A stretch of 64,000 bases of DNA from Candidatus Anstonella stagnisolia (lineage in GTDB: Archaea; Micrarchaeota; Micrarchaeia; Anstonellales; Anstonellaceae): NCBI GenBank assembly GCA_902384585.1, contig CABMCJ010000002.1, forward strand, positions 156,179-220,178. Direction: 5' to 3'. This document shows, in pieces, positions 27,626-37,400 of the stretch. The translations under genes and the position numbers were made by a program. How positions within the stretch are numbered: position 1 is the stretch's first letter; each line of letters starts with the position of its first letter. The notes below the pieces were generated by a model. It did not search any database. It saw nothing but the letters and a program-made list of their open reading frames with translations, and was not told the origin of the DNA.

Positions 27626-29329
27626 ATGGAACTTTCGGAATCTATCCGCAAATGGACGCTAAAGAATTCGCATGACTACAAGCTTGCGATACCTGCGAAA
27701 ATAATTGGGAAAGTCATAGGGGAAGTGCCGCAAGCGAAAGCGGACATGAAGGGCACAATGGCGCTGATAAACGATGAAGCGAAAAGGGTGAATTCGCTGC
27801 CTCTTGAGCAGGTGGAGAAGGAGCTTGCTGCTTATTCTTTTGAAGAGAAGAAAGAGGAAAAGCGGGAAATCGAGCTTGAAGGAGCGGTTGCGGGCAAGGT
27901 TGTCACAAGGTTTGCGCCCGAGCCTTCGGGCTATCCGCACATAGGGCATGCAAAAGCGGCGTTCCTTGAGTACGTGCCTGTGCAGAGATACGGGGGCAAA
28001 ATGCTGCTGCGCTTTGATGATACAAACCCCGAGAAAGAGAAAGGGGAATTTGTGGATGCGATTAAGGAGGGGCTCGTGTGGCTTGGGATAAGCTGGCAGG
28101 AAGAGACCTACACATCGGATAGGATGGAAGAGTTCTACGGGTACATTGAGGAGCTTATGGTAAAGCACTGCGCATACGTGTGCACGTGCAATGCAGAGGA
28201 GATAAAGAAGAACAGGATGGGCATGAAGGAATGCGACTGCCGCGCGCGCGACGAGCAGGAGAACTTGCTTCTTTGGAAGAAAATGCTCACCGGAAAGCTT
28301 GCTGCGGGAGAGGCGGTTGTAAGGTACCACGGGGACATGCACGCGCAAAATACTGTGTTGAGGGACCCGACGCTTTTTCGCATAATAGAGGCAAGACACT
28401 ATAGGCAGGGGGAAAAATACAGGGTGTGGCCCTCGTACGATTTTGCCGCCCCAATAATGGATTCCCTTGAGGGAGTAACGCATGCAATGCGCTCAAAGGA
28501 ATATGAGTTAAGGGATGAACTGTACTTTCTCATTTTGAAAAAGCTGGAGCTGCGCGCACCCAGGCTCGTGGGATTTTCGCGCCTTGCAATAAAGGGTGCG
28601 CCTGTTTCAAAAAGGCTTATCACGCCGCTCATTGCAGATGGGAAAGTGAGCGGATATGATGACCCTAGGCTTCCCACGCTTGTTGCGCTTCGAAGACGCG
28701 GAATACAGCCGGAAGCGATAAGGGAATTCGTGCTCTCTTTTGGGCTTTCAAAAGTGGAGAGCGAGCCTGGCTGGGAAAAACTTTTGAACGAGAACAAGAA
28801 AATAATAGACCCGAAAAGCATGCGAAGGTATTTTGTGAAAAATCCGGTTTCGCTTAATGTGATGGGCGCTGTTGAGAGCATCAGGAAAGAGGCGCACATA
28901 CGCAACCATCCAACGCAGGACATGGGGGAGAGGGTTGTGCAAGCGGAGGGGAACTTTTGGATTTCAGGCACGGATGCTGCAAACTTGAAGCCGGATGAGA
29001 TTTTCAGGCTGAAAGATTTGTACAACGTGAAAGTTGCAAAAGTGGGGGACGGGATTGTGGGTGCGCATGCGGGGGAAGAAATGATTATGGGGAAGAAGTT
29101 CCAGTGGGTGAATGCAGCGGACTGCATAAAATGCGAAGTGCTTGTTGCAGGGGACTTGCTTATCGGGGAAAAATACAATGAGAACAGCCTGGGCGTAGAT
29201 GCGGGGCTGTGCGAGGGTGCATGCGCGCAGCTTGAAATCGGGGACATTGTGCAATTTGAAAGGTACGGGTTTGTAAAGCTGGATAAGAAAGAGGAAGGAA
29301 AACTCACATTTGTATTCGTGAGCGGATAA
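27626..29329 (+). CDS. gltX: Glutamyl-tRNA synthetase (archaeal type)
   Basis: TRFAPEPSGYPHIGH, RFDDTNP, VSKR, DDPRLPT, QFERYGF. Confidence 0.97.
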   Translation: MELSESIRKWTLKNSHDYKLAIPAKIIGKVIGEVPQAKADMKGTMALINDEAKRVNSLPLEQVEKELAAYSFEEKKEEKREIELEGAVAGKVVTRFAPEPSGYPHIGHAKAAFLEYVPVQRYGGKMLLRFDDTNPEKEKGEFVDAIKEGLVWLGISWQEETYTSDRMEEFYGYIEELMVKHCAYVCTCNAEEIKKNRMGMKECDCRARDEQENLLLWKKMLTGKLAAGEAVVRYHGDMHAQNTVLRDPTLFRIIEARHYRQGEKYRVWPSYDFAAPIMDSLEGVTHAMRSKEYELRDELYFLILKKLELRAPRLVGFSRLAIKGAPVSKRLITPLIADGKVSGYDDPRLPTLVALRRRGIQPEAIREFVLSFGLSKVESEPGWEKLLNENKKIIDPKSMRRYFVKNPVSLNVMGAVESIRKEAHIRNHPTQDMGERVVQAEGNFWISGTDAANLKPDEIFRLKDLYNVKVAKVGDGIVGAHAGEEMIMGKKFQWVNAADCIKCEVLVAGDLLIGEKYNENSLGVDAGLCEGACAQLEIGDIVQFERYGFVKLDKKEEGKLTFVFVSG

Positions 29330-29377
29330 GCACAAAGGAATAAAAAGGGCAGGCAGCCAAAAATATATGTGATATAT

Positions 29378-30382
29378 ATGGCTTTGTCCCAACTACCACA
29401 AAAATTCGCAGATGCACCGAAAACAATAAGCGGGCTCGGCGAGATTTGCGTTGCTACTTATAAGGATGAAAAAAGCGGGAAAACGTACGGGCAGAGGCTT
29501 CTTGTGAAAAACGCAGATGGAGAATTCTATGATTACCGCATGTTCAGCAACCCCAAAAATGAAAAGGCATGGCTTAGCGCCGAGGAATGGTGGAACAAGG
29601 TAGGGCTGGACAAGAGAAAATATTCTGTTGAGATAAAATCGCTGAGCGAATCGGGCATAAGCATTGCAAAGGTGGATGCAGGGACTGCTGCTGCAGGGCA
29701 GAAAAACATTGAGAGGGTGCAGACAGGCATTGATGGGATGAGGATTACCGACCTGCGGTACAAATGCGGGATTTTCCGCGACCTTTATAGGCAGGAGAAT
29801 GGGTACGCAGACCTTCTTGGAAGGGCAAAGGCGATAATAGAGAATGTTAACCAGTACGTGCAGATGTATAATGGGGTGAGGGAGCAAAAGATTACGGTGG
29901 CGGATTCGCTTGCGGTAATTGCAACAGAATCCCTAATCGACCCGAATGCAAAATCTCCCACTGGCTGCAAGAATTATGGGCAGTTTTCAACCCAAACTGC
30001 GGATTCGTTAAGGGACCCGGACGGGAATCGGATTTTCACTGAGAGGAAAGTCGGGAAAAGGGGATTGACGCTAAAGGACATTTGGGACCCTGAGAAAGCA
30101 GTGCATGCAACTGTCAATTATTTCACAGAACTGTACGATATGTATGGCGGCAACTATGGAAAGGCAGTGAAGGCATATAATATAGGGCCGGGCAAGGTAA
30201 GGAAAAAAGGCAATACTGGCGAGACAGACCACACCAGGCGCGCACGGGAATGGAGGAGGTTCTTCAAGGAGATAAACGTAGAGCGCCTCCTTGAGCCTGG
30301 AATGACGGTGGAGAAATTCATGCAGCAGCCTGAATTCGCAAACGTGTATGCAAGGCTTGAGCAGCAGTACAAGCGCGCATAA
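29378..30382 (+). CDS. Lytic transglycosylase (SLT/GH23-like) domain protein
   Basis: LAVIATES (catalytic Glu), NAKSPTG..YGQF, DPEKAVHA...YF, AVKAYNIGPG. Confidence 0.85.
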   Translation: MALSQLPQKFADAPKTISGLGEICVATYKDEKSGKTYGQRLLVKNADGEFYDYRMFSNPKNEKAWLSAEEWWNKVGLDKRKYSVEIKSLSESGISIAKVDAGTAAAGQKNIERVQTGIDGMRITDLRYKCGIFRDLYRQENGYADLLGRAKAIIENVNQYVQMYNGVREQKITVADSLAVIATESLIDPNAKSPTGCKNYGQFSTQTADSLRDPDGNRIFTERKVGKRGLTLKDIWDPEKAVHATVNYFTELYDMYGGNYGKAVKAYNIGPGKVRKKGNTGETDHTRRAREWRRFFKEINVERLLEPGMTVEKFMQQPEFANVYARLEQQYKRA

Positions 30383-30417
30383 AGCCTCTTTTTATTTTCT
30401 TCTTCTGATATCTTTTC

Positions 30418-32547
30418 ATGCTGGATGAATTTTCCCCTAAAGTTTTCATTGAGAAGGAGAGCAGTGCGTCTTTTGGGGAGTGCGCAATTGACGAGAGGCT
30501 CAAGTTCGCGCTCTCAAACAGGGGCATAAGCAGGCTGTATGCGCACCAGTGCGAAGCGATTGGGAAAATTGGGGAAGGGAAAAACATTGTGATTGTTGCG
30601 CCCACTGCATCGGGAAAAACTGAGAGTTACATGCTGCCCGCTGTGCTTGCTGCGCTGCGCGGGGAGAATGTGCTTGTTGTGTATCCCACAAAGGCGCTTT
30701 CACGCGACCAGCTTGCAAGATGGAGGGAATTTTCCCTTCTTGGAGTGCGCGCGGAAATATTTGACGGGGACACGAGCGACTACTGGAGGGAGAAGATAAA
30801 GGGAAGCCCTCCGCAGGTGCTAATTACGAACTTTGACATGCTGCACTTTTTACTTATGCAAAGCAGGAATTTGTCGCCCTTTTGGAAAAACCTGAGAATG
30901 GTGGTGGTGGACGAGCTGCACACATACTCCGGAGTATTGGGGGCGCACGTTTCAAACATTGTGTGGAGGCTCAAAAGAGTGTGCGAAAAGCACCAGAATG
31001 CAAAAAAACTGCAGTTTGTGTGCTGCTCCGCGACAATTGCGAATGCGCAGGAATTTGCAAATGCGATTTTTGAGGAGGAATTTGAGGGCGTGCAGGCATC
31101 CGGGGCGCCAAAGCCGTATGTCGAGCACTATGTTGTAAATCCGGGGGATGAGAGCTACACTACAACCGCGCTAAAAGTTGTGAAGGAGCTTGGGAAAAAA
31201 ACGCTTCTTTTTGGGAATTCGCACGCGGTTGTGGAGCGCCTCGGCGTGATGGCGGGGGACATGGGGCTTTCACTTGCTGTGTATAGGGCTGGGCTGGAAA
31301 TGCGGGAGAGAAAAGAGATAGAGGAGGAGTTTCGTTCTGGAAAAGTGAAAATACTTGCAACAACAAGCGCGCTTGAGCTTGGGATAGACATTGGGAGCGT
31401 GGATGCGGTTGTGCTCGCGGGCTTTCCTGGGACTATTACAAGGTTTAGGCAGAGGGTGGGGAGGGCGGGAAGAAAGGGGCAGAAGGCATATGCGGTTTAT
31501 ATTGCGCGGGACAATCCGCTGGACCAGTATTTTGCAGAATCTCCGGAAAGATATTTGGAAGGGGAACCGGAGAGGTGCTTTGTGAACCCCTACAATGAGG
31601 CGGTTTCGCAGGCGCATGTAATATGCGCAAGCAGGGACTTTCCGCTTGCAGACTCTGAGCTCTCTGGGAAAAGGCGGGAGCGCGCAAGCGAATTGCTGCA
31701 AAAAGGGATGCTAAAGCGCTGGGGAAGCAGGCTTATTCCCTCGAAAGATGCGCTGCGCTTTGTAAAGGAGAGCGGGATACGAAGCGAAGCAGAGCCGGTT
31801 GAGATTGTGGATGCGAATACGGGTCGGAAAATGGGTGAGAGGGAAGAGCACATGGCGATAAGGGAGCTGCACCCTGGAGCGATTTATTTGCACGGGGGGG
31901 TGCATTATAGGGGAGTGGAATTTGATGCAAAGGGAAAGATTGCAAAAATTGCGCGGGATGCAAGCGCAAAGGGGTATTATACGAGCGCGCTGCACCAAAA
32001 GGAATACGAGGCGCTTGAAACTATTAAGGAGCGGGAAGTTTTCGGAAGGACGCTTTATTTTGGGAGGATGCATATAAGGGACACGGTGGAGGGGTATGCG
32101 CTCAAGGATGTGTACACGCAGGAAACCGTTGCGAAACATCCCCTTGCGCAGGAACTTGTGCACGAGTTTGATACGCTGGGAATTTGGCTGGATTTTGAGG
32201 GCGAGGCGCATATTGGGAACTTTGCAGACGGGCTGCACGCACTTGAACACGTGAGCATTTCCATGATGCCTGCGATTTGCGGGAGCGACCCTGCGGAAAT
32301 TGGGGGGATTTCTTATCCGAGCGGTGCAATGGCAGTTTATGAGGGGGTTGCATTTGGGAACGGGGCAACCGCGCAGATATTTGAGAAGTATGAGAAAGTT
32401 ATGGAGATGAGTGCGGACAGGCTGGAGAAATGTGCGTGCGAAAAAGGATGCCCTAAGTGCATATTTTCCCCGATGTGCGGGAACAACAATAGGTATTTGG
32501 ACAAGGAGGCTGGGCTTAAGATTGCAAAGGAAGTCCTGAAAAACTAG
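30418..32547 (+). CDS. DEAD/DEAH-box helicase with C-terminal DUF1998 (MrfA/Hrq1-like)
   Basis: APTASGKT, YPTKALSRDQ, DELHTY, SALELGIDIG, QRVGRAGR, HALEH, C.C..GCP.C. Confidence 0.92.
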   Translation: MLDEFSPKVFIEKESSASFGECAIDERLKFALSNRGISRLYAHQCEAIGKIGEGKNIVIVAPTASGKTESYMLPAVLAALRGENVLVVYPTKALSRDQLARWREFSLLGVRAEIFDGDTSDYWREKIKGSPPQVLITNFDMLHFLLMQSRNLSPFWKNLRMVVVDELHTYSGVLGAHVSNIVWRLKRVCEKHQNAKKLQFVCCSATIANAQEFANAIFEEEFEGVQASGAPKPYVEHYVVNPGDESYTTTALKVVKELGKKTLLFGNSHAVVERLGVMAGDMGLSLAVYRAGLEMRERKEIEEEFRSGKVKILATTSALELGIDIGSVDAVVLAGFPGTITRFRQRVGRAGRKGQKAYAVYIARDNPLDQYFAESPERYLEGEPERCFVNPYNEAVSQAHVICASRDFPLADSELSGKRRERASELLQKGMLKRWGSRLIPSKDALRFVKESGIRSEAEPVEIVDANTGRKMGEREEHMAIRELHPGAIYLHGGVHYRGVEFDAKGKIAKIARDASAKGYYTSALHQKEYEALETIKEREVFGRTLYFGRMHIRDTVEGYALKDVYTQETVAKHPLAQELVHEFDTLGIWLDFEGEAHIGNFADGLHALEHVSISMMPAICGSDPAEIGGISYPSGAMAVYEGVAFGNGATAQIFEKYEKVMEMSADRLEKCACEKGCPKCIFSPMCGNNNRYLDKEAGLKIAKEVLKN

Positions 32548-33191
32548 CCTGAGCCGTCGGTTTCGTTCAGCGAGCCGAACATCTGGAGAGATTTTGTTGG
32601 GTTGATTTTTTCAAACAATGTGCGAAGCTCATTCAGCTTTTCGCGTATGCCATCCAGCCCGTATGCGCGCGCGATTTCCATTGCAGAGATGTACCTTCCG
32701 CGCCGTATTTCAGTAGTTGCTGCATCATGTGCGCGGCCACGCACCGCAGCATCATCAAGCTTGAAATGCCGCGCCAGCTCGTGCACAAGCTCGTCGTCGT
32801 TTGTTAGTATGCAGCAGTATATTGCGGCTTTTGAAAGTTCAATTTCCAGTTCAGTGGGCTTTTCGCGGGCTGGCGGGCGCATTTTTATTATGCTGTGATT
32901 TAGTGAAAAGCCAAGCTTGGAGAGAGCATTGTCGCGAAGTTTCATGTATTTTAGGATGCTGGGCTTTGCGCTTTCCCGCGCGTGCGCACGCATTGCGCCC
33001 AGAAGACTGAAGCTTTCCTTTTTTTTATTCTCTTTTGCAAGATGCTGCGCAACCTGCAGGCGGTCTGTCATAGGGAGCATGCTTATGAAACTGGCAAAAG
33101 AATCAGGGCGTGGGGGTTTCTTGGGGGCAGGAAGATAGAGAGTAGACATTCCTATGCCTGTGAGTTGTAAAACGTTTATTCGGGCTGCCAT
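32544..33191 (-). CDS. Hypothetical protein
   Basis: ORF fills the gap between convergent genes; no recognised motif. Confidence 0.6.
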   Translation of the reverse strand: MAARINVLQLTGIGMSTLYLPAPKKPPRPDSFASFISMLPMTDRLQVAQHLAKENKKKESFSLLGAMRAHARESAKPSILKYMKLRDNALSKLGFSLNHSIIKMRPPAREKPTELEIELSKAAIYCCILTNDDELVHELARHFKLDDAAVRGRAHDAATTEIRRGRYISAMEIARAYGLDGIREKLNELRTLFEKINPTKSLQMFGSLNETDGSG

Positions 33192-33220
33192 ATGGACACC
33201 AAAAGGTGATATAGGCCAGA

Positions 33221-33706
33221 TTAAGCCTTCTTGCTTGCTTCTGCGATTATCACGACGTCTGCTGTGTTGCGCAGCGCGACTGAAAAGCCGGGTTCTGCGC
33301 CGATTACGATTGTCTCTTTCCCAAGTTCCTTTGCCTTTACGAGCACGGGGCGGAAATCAATGTCGCGCGTCATGAGCGCGATTGCGTGTATGTGGGGGTT
33401 GAACACCTGCTCCATTGCCTCAACTGCCATTGTAACGTCTACGTCGCCGGTTGTTATTTTGGGCTCAAAGCCCTGGTTCACCATTGCCTCTATGAGCTTG
33501 TCGGATGCGTACTGGTCAAGGAAAATGCGAGCGACCTTTATTGTGCCGTGCTTTTCAACCTCGTGGCGCACCTTTTGCAAATCAAGGTTCATCTCGCGCC
33601 TTATCACGTTGGGGCCGTCTATGAGAAGCGCGACGTTCCTGCCTTCCACGTTCTTTTGCTTGAACATTGTCTTGAGGTTTTTTAGCTGCTCGAACATATC
33701 CATCAC
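33221..33706 (-). CDS. NYN (PIN-like) domain protein, TIGR00288 type
   Basis: LIDGPN, GDVDV.MAVEA, TRDIDF.P, ALRNTAD. Confidence 0.9.
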   Translation of the reverse strand: MMDMFEQLKNLKTMFKQKNVEGRNVALLIDGPNVIRREMNLDLQKVRHEVEKHGTIKVARIFLDQYASDKLIEAMVNQGFEPKITTGDVDVTMAVEAMEQVFNPHIHAIALMTRDIDFRPVLVKAKELGKETIVIGAEPGFSVALRNTADVVIIAEASKKA

Positions 33707-33714
33707 TTATGCTT

Positions 33715-34452
33715 TCATTTTATGCTGAAAAATTCCAATGCGTTCTTTGTGGTGCGCTCCTGCGCCTCTTTTTCAGGCATTGAAAGCGCGTCGGAAACCA
33801 TCCTTATGCTTTCCTGCACCGCAAGGGGCGTTTTCCCTATGTAGGGCGCGTCTGTTTCGCACACTATATTATGGGCGCCTGCTAATTTAATTGCTTGCTT
33901 TCTCTCCTTGGAGCGAAGGGGAGGAAGGGAGAGGAGCGCGCCCAATTCCAGAAGCCTTTTTGTGTGCTCCTGCTTTCCACCGTAGCAGTGCATCATTATG
34001 GATTTTGGCTGCTGCTGCGCAAGCACATCTATGACTTCGTCCATTGAGTTGCGCGAGTGTATTACAACCGGAAGGGAGAGCTTTTTTGCAAGGGAGAGCA
34101 TGGAGAGAAAGCATCCCATCTGCCTGTCCTTTTCTTCCTGCGTTTTCGCCCAGTGGTAGTCAAGCCCGATTTCGCCGATTGCAACAAGCTTGCCGGGAGA
34201 GATTTTTGAACACGCAACTATGAACTCTTCTGCCTTTTGCACTTCGGCGTTCACGTCTTCGAATTTCATTGCTTCCTGCGGCGCGATTCCTAGGCAGCAG
34301 AAAACGTTCGGGTTTTCTTTTGCGATTTCAAAGTTTTCAATGCTGCTCTTGTGGGAATAGCCGCACGTAATGTGCAGGAAATCCGGCTGCTGTGCTGGCG
34401 AATACTCCTTCATGCTCTCTAGGTGGCAGTGTGAATCGCAAATGGAAAACAT
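33715..34452 (-). CDS. tatD: TatD family hydrolase
   Basis: DSHCH, GEIGLDY, IHSR, HCY, ETDAPY. Confidence 0.92.
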   Translation of the reverse strand: MFSICDSHCHLESMKEYSPAQQPDFLHITCGYSHKSSIENFEIAKENPNVFCCLGIAPQEAMKFEDVNAEVQKAEEFIVACSKISPGKLVAIGEIGLDYHWAKTQEEKDRQMGCFLSMLSLAKKLSLPVVIHSRNSMDEVIDVLAQQQPKSIMMHCYGGKQEHTKRLLELGALLSLPPLRSKERKQAIKLAGAHNIVCETDAPYIGKTPLAVQESIRMVSDALSMPEKEAQERTTKNALEFFSIK

Positions 34453-34579
34453 ATGGGAAATATGGGCGTCCGAGATATATATTCGTTTGTTTGGCATTTG
34501 AAAGGAAGATGGAAGCAAAGCGCCAAACAAAAGCGAAATGGTTTTTAAGCGCGTGGCGGAAAGAGAACTTGGTGATGCT

Positions 34580-36097
34580 ATGAAAAAATTGCTATTGGTA
34601 TTTGCGCTCGTCGCAGTGCTTGGGATTGCATTCATGCAGTTGGGATTTGCGCAGGAAGGCGCAAAATCATCGGTATCCGTGGATGCGCCCGTGAAAACTG
34701 TGATGTTGTATTCAAACGGGATGAGCTACGTTGTAAGGGAAGGGGCGTACGACTCGCAGGCGCAGGATGCGTACGTGAAGGTCCTTGGGATTGGAAATGG
34801 CGCAGTTTTCTCCAGCATGCAGATGGCGATGGGAGGGGAGGATGCGTACATGCAGAGGTTCTTTGACAGGGATGTGAACGTAACGAAAAAGGAAGTTAAA
34901 TCCGTGACCCTTCTTGAGCTTCTTAATGCGAGCATGAACCAGACTGTTGCGCTTAATACAAGCAATGGGATGAAAAGCGGCATCCTTGTGCATGCGGACG
35001 AGAATGCGGTGTGGCTTGAGAACGCCGGAATGCTTAATGTTGTGCAGCTTGGCGACATCACTGGCGTGAAGTCCGCCAGCAGCCAGTATGCAAAAGAGTA
35101 CTCTTGGAACGAAACCCAGAGGGAAAGGGGGGTGGAAGGGATATTTTACGGCATTGGAAATGGGAAAAAGCCGCTCTCGGTGAGCTACCTCTCAAGCGGC
35201 GCATCCTGGACTCCAGTAACGTATGCGTACGTGGGAGGGCAGGATGCAGGGAGCGCGGATTTGAAGCTCTATGCAACGCTCCAAAACAACGGGGGGGAGG
35301 GATGGGACGGGATTTCTGCAAAAGTGGTTGTGGGATACCCGCACATTTCTTACAATGCGCCTTATCCAAGGCCGTATTATGCTGAGAGTGCAATGAAGGT
35401 AAGCGCTGCAGGGGTGCCTGCATATGACAGCGGCACTTCGAACGCGGCACAGTTCTCGCAAAGCGGGGAGTATTATGTGTATACGATTGCAAAGCCCGTG
35501 AGCCTTGCGGACGGGGAACAGGCAAAGTATGAGCTATCTTCGGGAAGCGTGCAGTACCAGAAGGAAAACGTGTGGGAAACATACTGGGCATACCCGCAAA
35601 AGGTGCTTGTGTTCAACAACACGCTGCAGAGGCCGATTGCGGCAGGCCTTGTGAAAGTGTATGAGAACGGCATGTTTGCAGGGGAGGCGAGCGTGGATTA
35701 CATCCCTGCAGGCAAAAAAGCCGAAGTGCAGTATGCAGACGTTGCGGATGTGAGCGCAAAGAAGGCGGTTGAACAGGCTACCGAGAAATCTGGGTCGAAT
35801 GCGCAGGTAACAACCTACAGCGTGAACATGACGCTTGAGAACTTTGGCACGCAAAGCACAAAAATAAAGGCAATAGATACGATGTACTCGGGGGACAAGG
35901 TGGAATTCGTTTCCTCAAACGTGCAGCCGGAGAAACTTGGGGAGAACCGGCTCCAGTGGAGGGTGGACGTTCCGGCTGGCGGGAAAGTTGTCGTGAGTTA
36001 CACGTACAGGATAACGAACTACTACAACACGCCTGTGTATTATGGGGTGCCAACCGTGGGCAGCGTTGGTGCTGCTGAAAGCGCACCTTCAAAATAA
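34580..36097 (+). CDS. Secreted DUF4139-like protein
   Basis: Signal peptide MKKLLLVFAL; V.LYSNG, SYLSSGASWTP.Y, LQWRVDVPAGG. Confidence 0.8.
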   Translation: MKKLLLVFALVAVLGIAFMQLGFAQEGAKSSVSVDAPVKTVMLYSNGMSYVVREGAYDSQAQDAYVKVLGIGNGAVFSSMQMAMGGEDAYMQRFFDRDVNVTKKEVKSVTLLELLNASMNQTVALNTSNGMKSGILVHADENAVWLENAGMLNVVQLGDITGVKSASSQYAKEYSWNETQRERGVEGIFYGIGNGKKPLSVSYLSSGASWTPVTYAYVGGQDAGSADLKLYATLQNNGGEGWDGISAKVVVGYPHISYNAPYPRPYYAESAMKVSAAGVPAYDSGTSNAAQFSQSGEYYVYTIAKPVSLADGEQAKYELSSGSVQYQKENVWETYWAYPQKVLVFNNTLQRPIAAGLVKVYENGMFAGEASVDYIPAGKKAEVQYADVADVSAKKAVEQATEKSGSNAQVTTYSVNMTLENFGTQSTKIKAIDTMYSGDKVEFVSSNVQPEKLGENRLQWRVDVPAGGKVVVSYTYRITNYYNTPVYYGVPTVGSVGAAESAPSK

Positions 36098-36166
36098 GCC
36101 CATTTTCTTTTATTTTACTGCGGGCGCCCTCTTTTACTTTTTTATTTTTTCAATGTTTTTCTTTTT

Positions 36167-37339
36167 TTATTTTACTTTGGAGAATAGTGCAACTGCCGCA
36201 AATGCTGCAAGAGATGCGGACGTGAAGAATGCGATTGCGGGGCCAAATGCAGCCCAGAGGAAGCCAAGAAGGAGGTTTGCGGGAAGGTATGCGGCCCCTA
36301 CTGCACTATTGTATGCGCCAAGCGCAATCCCCCTTGACTTGTCCTTTACCATGCCGGAAATGTATGCCTTGTTCACGGATTCGTCTGCTGAAACGAAAAT
36401 CCCGTAGAATGCAAAGAGTAGTGCGATTTGCCACCATTGGGTGAGGGAGGCAAAGCCGATGCATATGAGCGCATAGAGCACAAACGAGCAGATTATTGTG
36501 TTCTTCTTGCCGAACTTGTCTGCGAGCGCGCCTATAGGGACTGATGCGAGCGCGTACACGATATTGTAGAGAAGGTAGAGGAGGAGGATGTTTGCGTCTG
36601 TAATACCGAGGTCGTGCGCGCGAAGTATGAGGAGCGCGAAGCTGAAATATGCGAGCGAAAAAATGCAGGAGATGAGCACAAAGCTGCGGTAGTTTGGAGT
36701 GAGAAGCTTAAGGGACTGCCAGAATCCTGCCCTTTTTTTCTGCGGCAGAACTTTCTTTTTTGGCTCGCGCACCAAGAGTGCGATTAGAGCTACTGCGATG
36801 AATGCGGGAAGGATTGCGAACGTGAAAACCGTGCGGTATGCGCTTTCTGTGTCCCCAAGGGAGGAGAGGATGAGGTATGCGATTGCAGGGCCTGCGATTG
36901 CGCCCAATGTGTCAAGCATGCGGTGCAGCCCGAATGCCTTTGCGCGGGATGCCTCGTCTGTGGAGCCTGCTATTATTGCGTCGCGCGGGGAGGAGCGTAT
37001 GCTTTTTCCCAAGCGCTCAAAGCCGCGCAGGAATAGGAACTGCGGCCATATTGAGGCAAATGCAATTCCCATTTTCGTGAGCGCGGAAAGCCCGTAGCCT
37101 GCGAGCACGAACTGCTTCCTGCTCTTGCGCGAATCCGAGAAATATCCCACGAAAATGTCAAGGAGCGAAGAAATGCTGTCTGCGATTCCCTCTATGAGCC
37201 CTATTATCTGCGAGCCAACGCCAAGAAAACGCGAAAGGAAAATTGGAAGGAGCGGGAAAATCATTTCGCTTGAAACGTCCGTGAAAAAGCTCACCAGCCC
37301 GAGGGAAAGAACGTTGCGGTTTAGCCAGCTTTTTGCCAT
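36167..37339 (-). CDS. MFS transporter
   Basis: LGLVSFFTDVSSEM, R.GK.IR..PRDA, FGLHR.LDTLGA; many TM segments. Confidence 0.92.
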   Translation of the reverse strand: MAKSWLNRNVLSLGLVSFFTDVSSEMIFPLLPIFLSRFLGVGSQIIGLIEGIADSISSLLDIFVGYFSDSRKSRKQFVLAGYGLSALTKMGIAFASIWPQFLFLRGFERLGKSIRSSPRDAIIAGSTDEASRAKAFGLHRMLDTLGAIAGPAIAYLILSSLGDTESAYRTVFTFAILPAFIAVALIALLVREPKKKVLPQKKRAGFWQSLKLLTPNYRSFVLISCIFSLAYFSFALLILRAHDLGITDANILLLYLLYNIVYALASVPIGALADKFGKKNTIICSFVLYALICIGFASLTQWWQIALLFAFYGIFVSADESVNKAYISGMVKDKSRGIALGAYNSAVGAAYLPANLLLGFLWAAFGPAIAFFTSASLAAFAAVALFSKVK

Positions 37340-37400
37340 ATGAGAGAAACAGTTGGAGCATTTTTATTAGTTGGTGCCAAAAGAATGGAACGGGGAGGGC

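Noticed and set aside
30418-33706. DISARM/Druantia-type defence system around the DUF1998 helicase
   Set aside because: No methylase, SNF2 or PLD partners nearby; consistent with a stand-alone MrfA/Hrq1-like repair helicase
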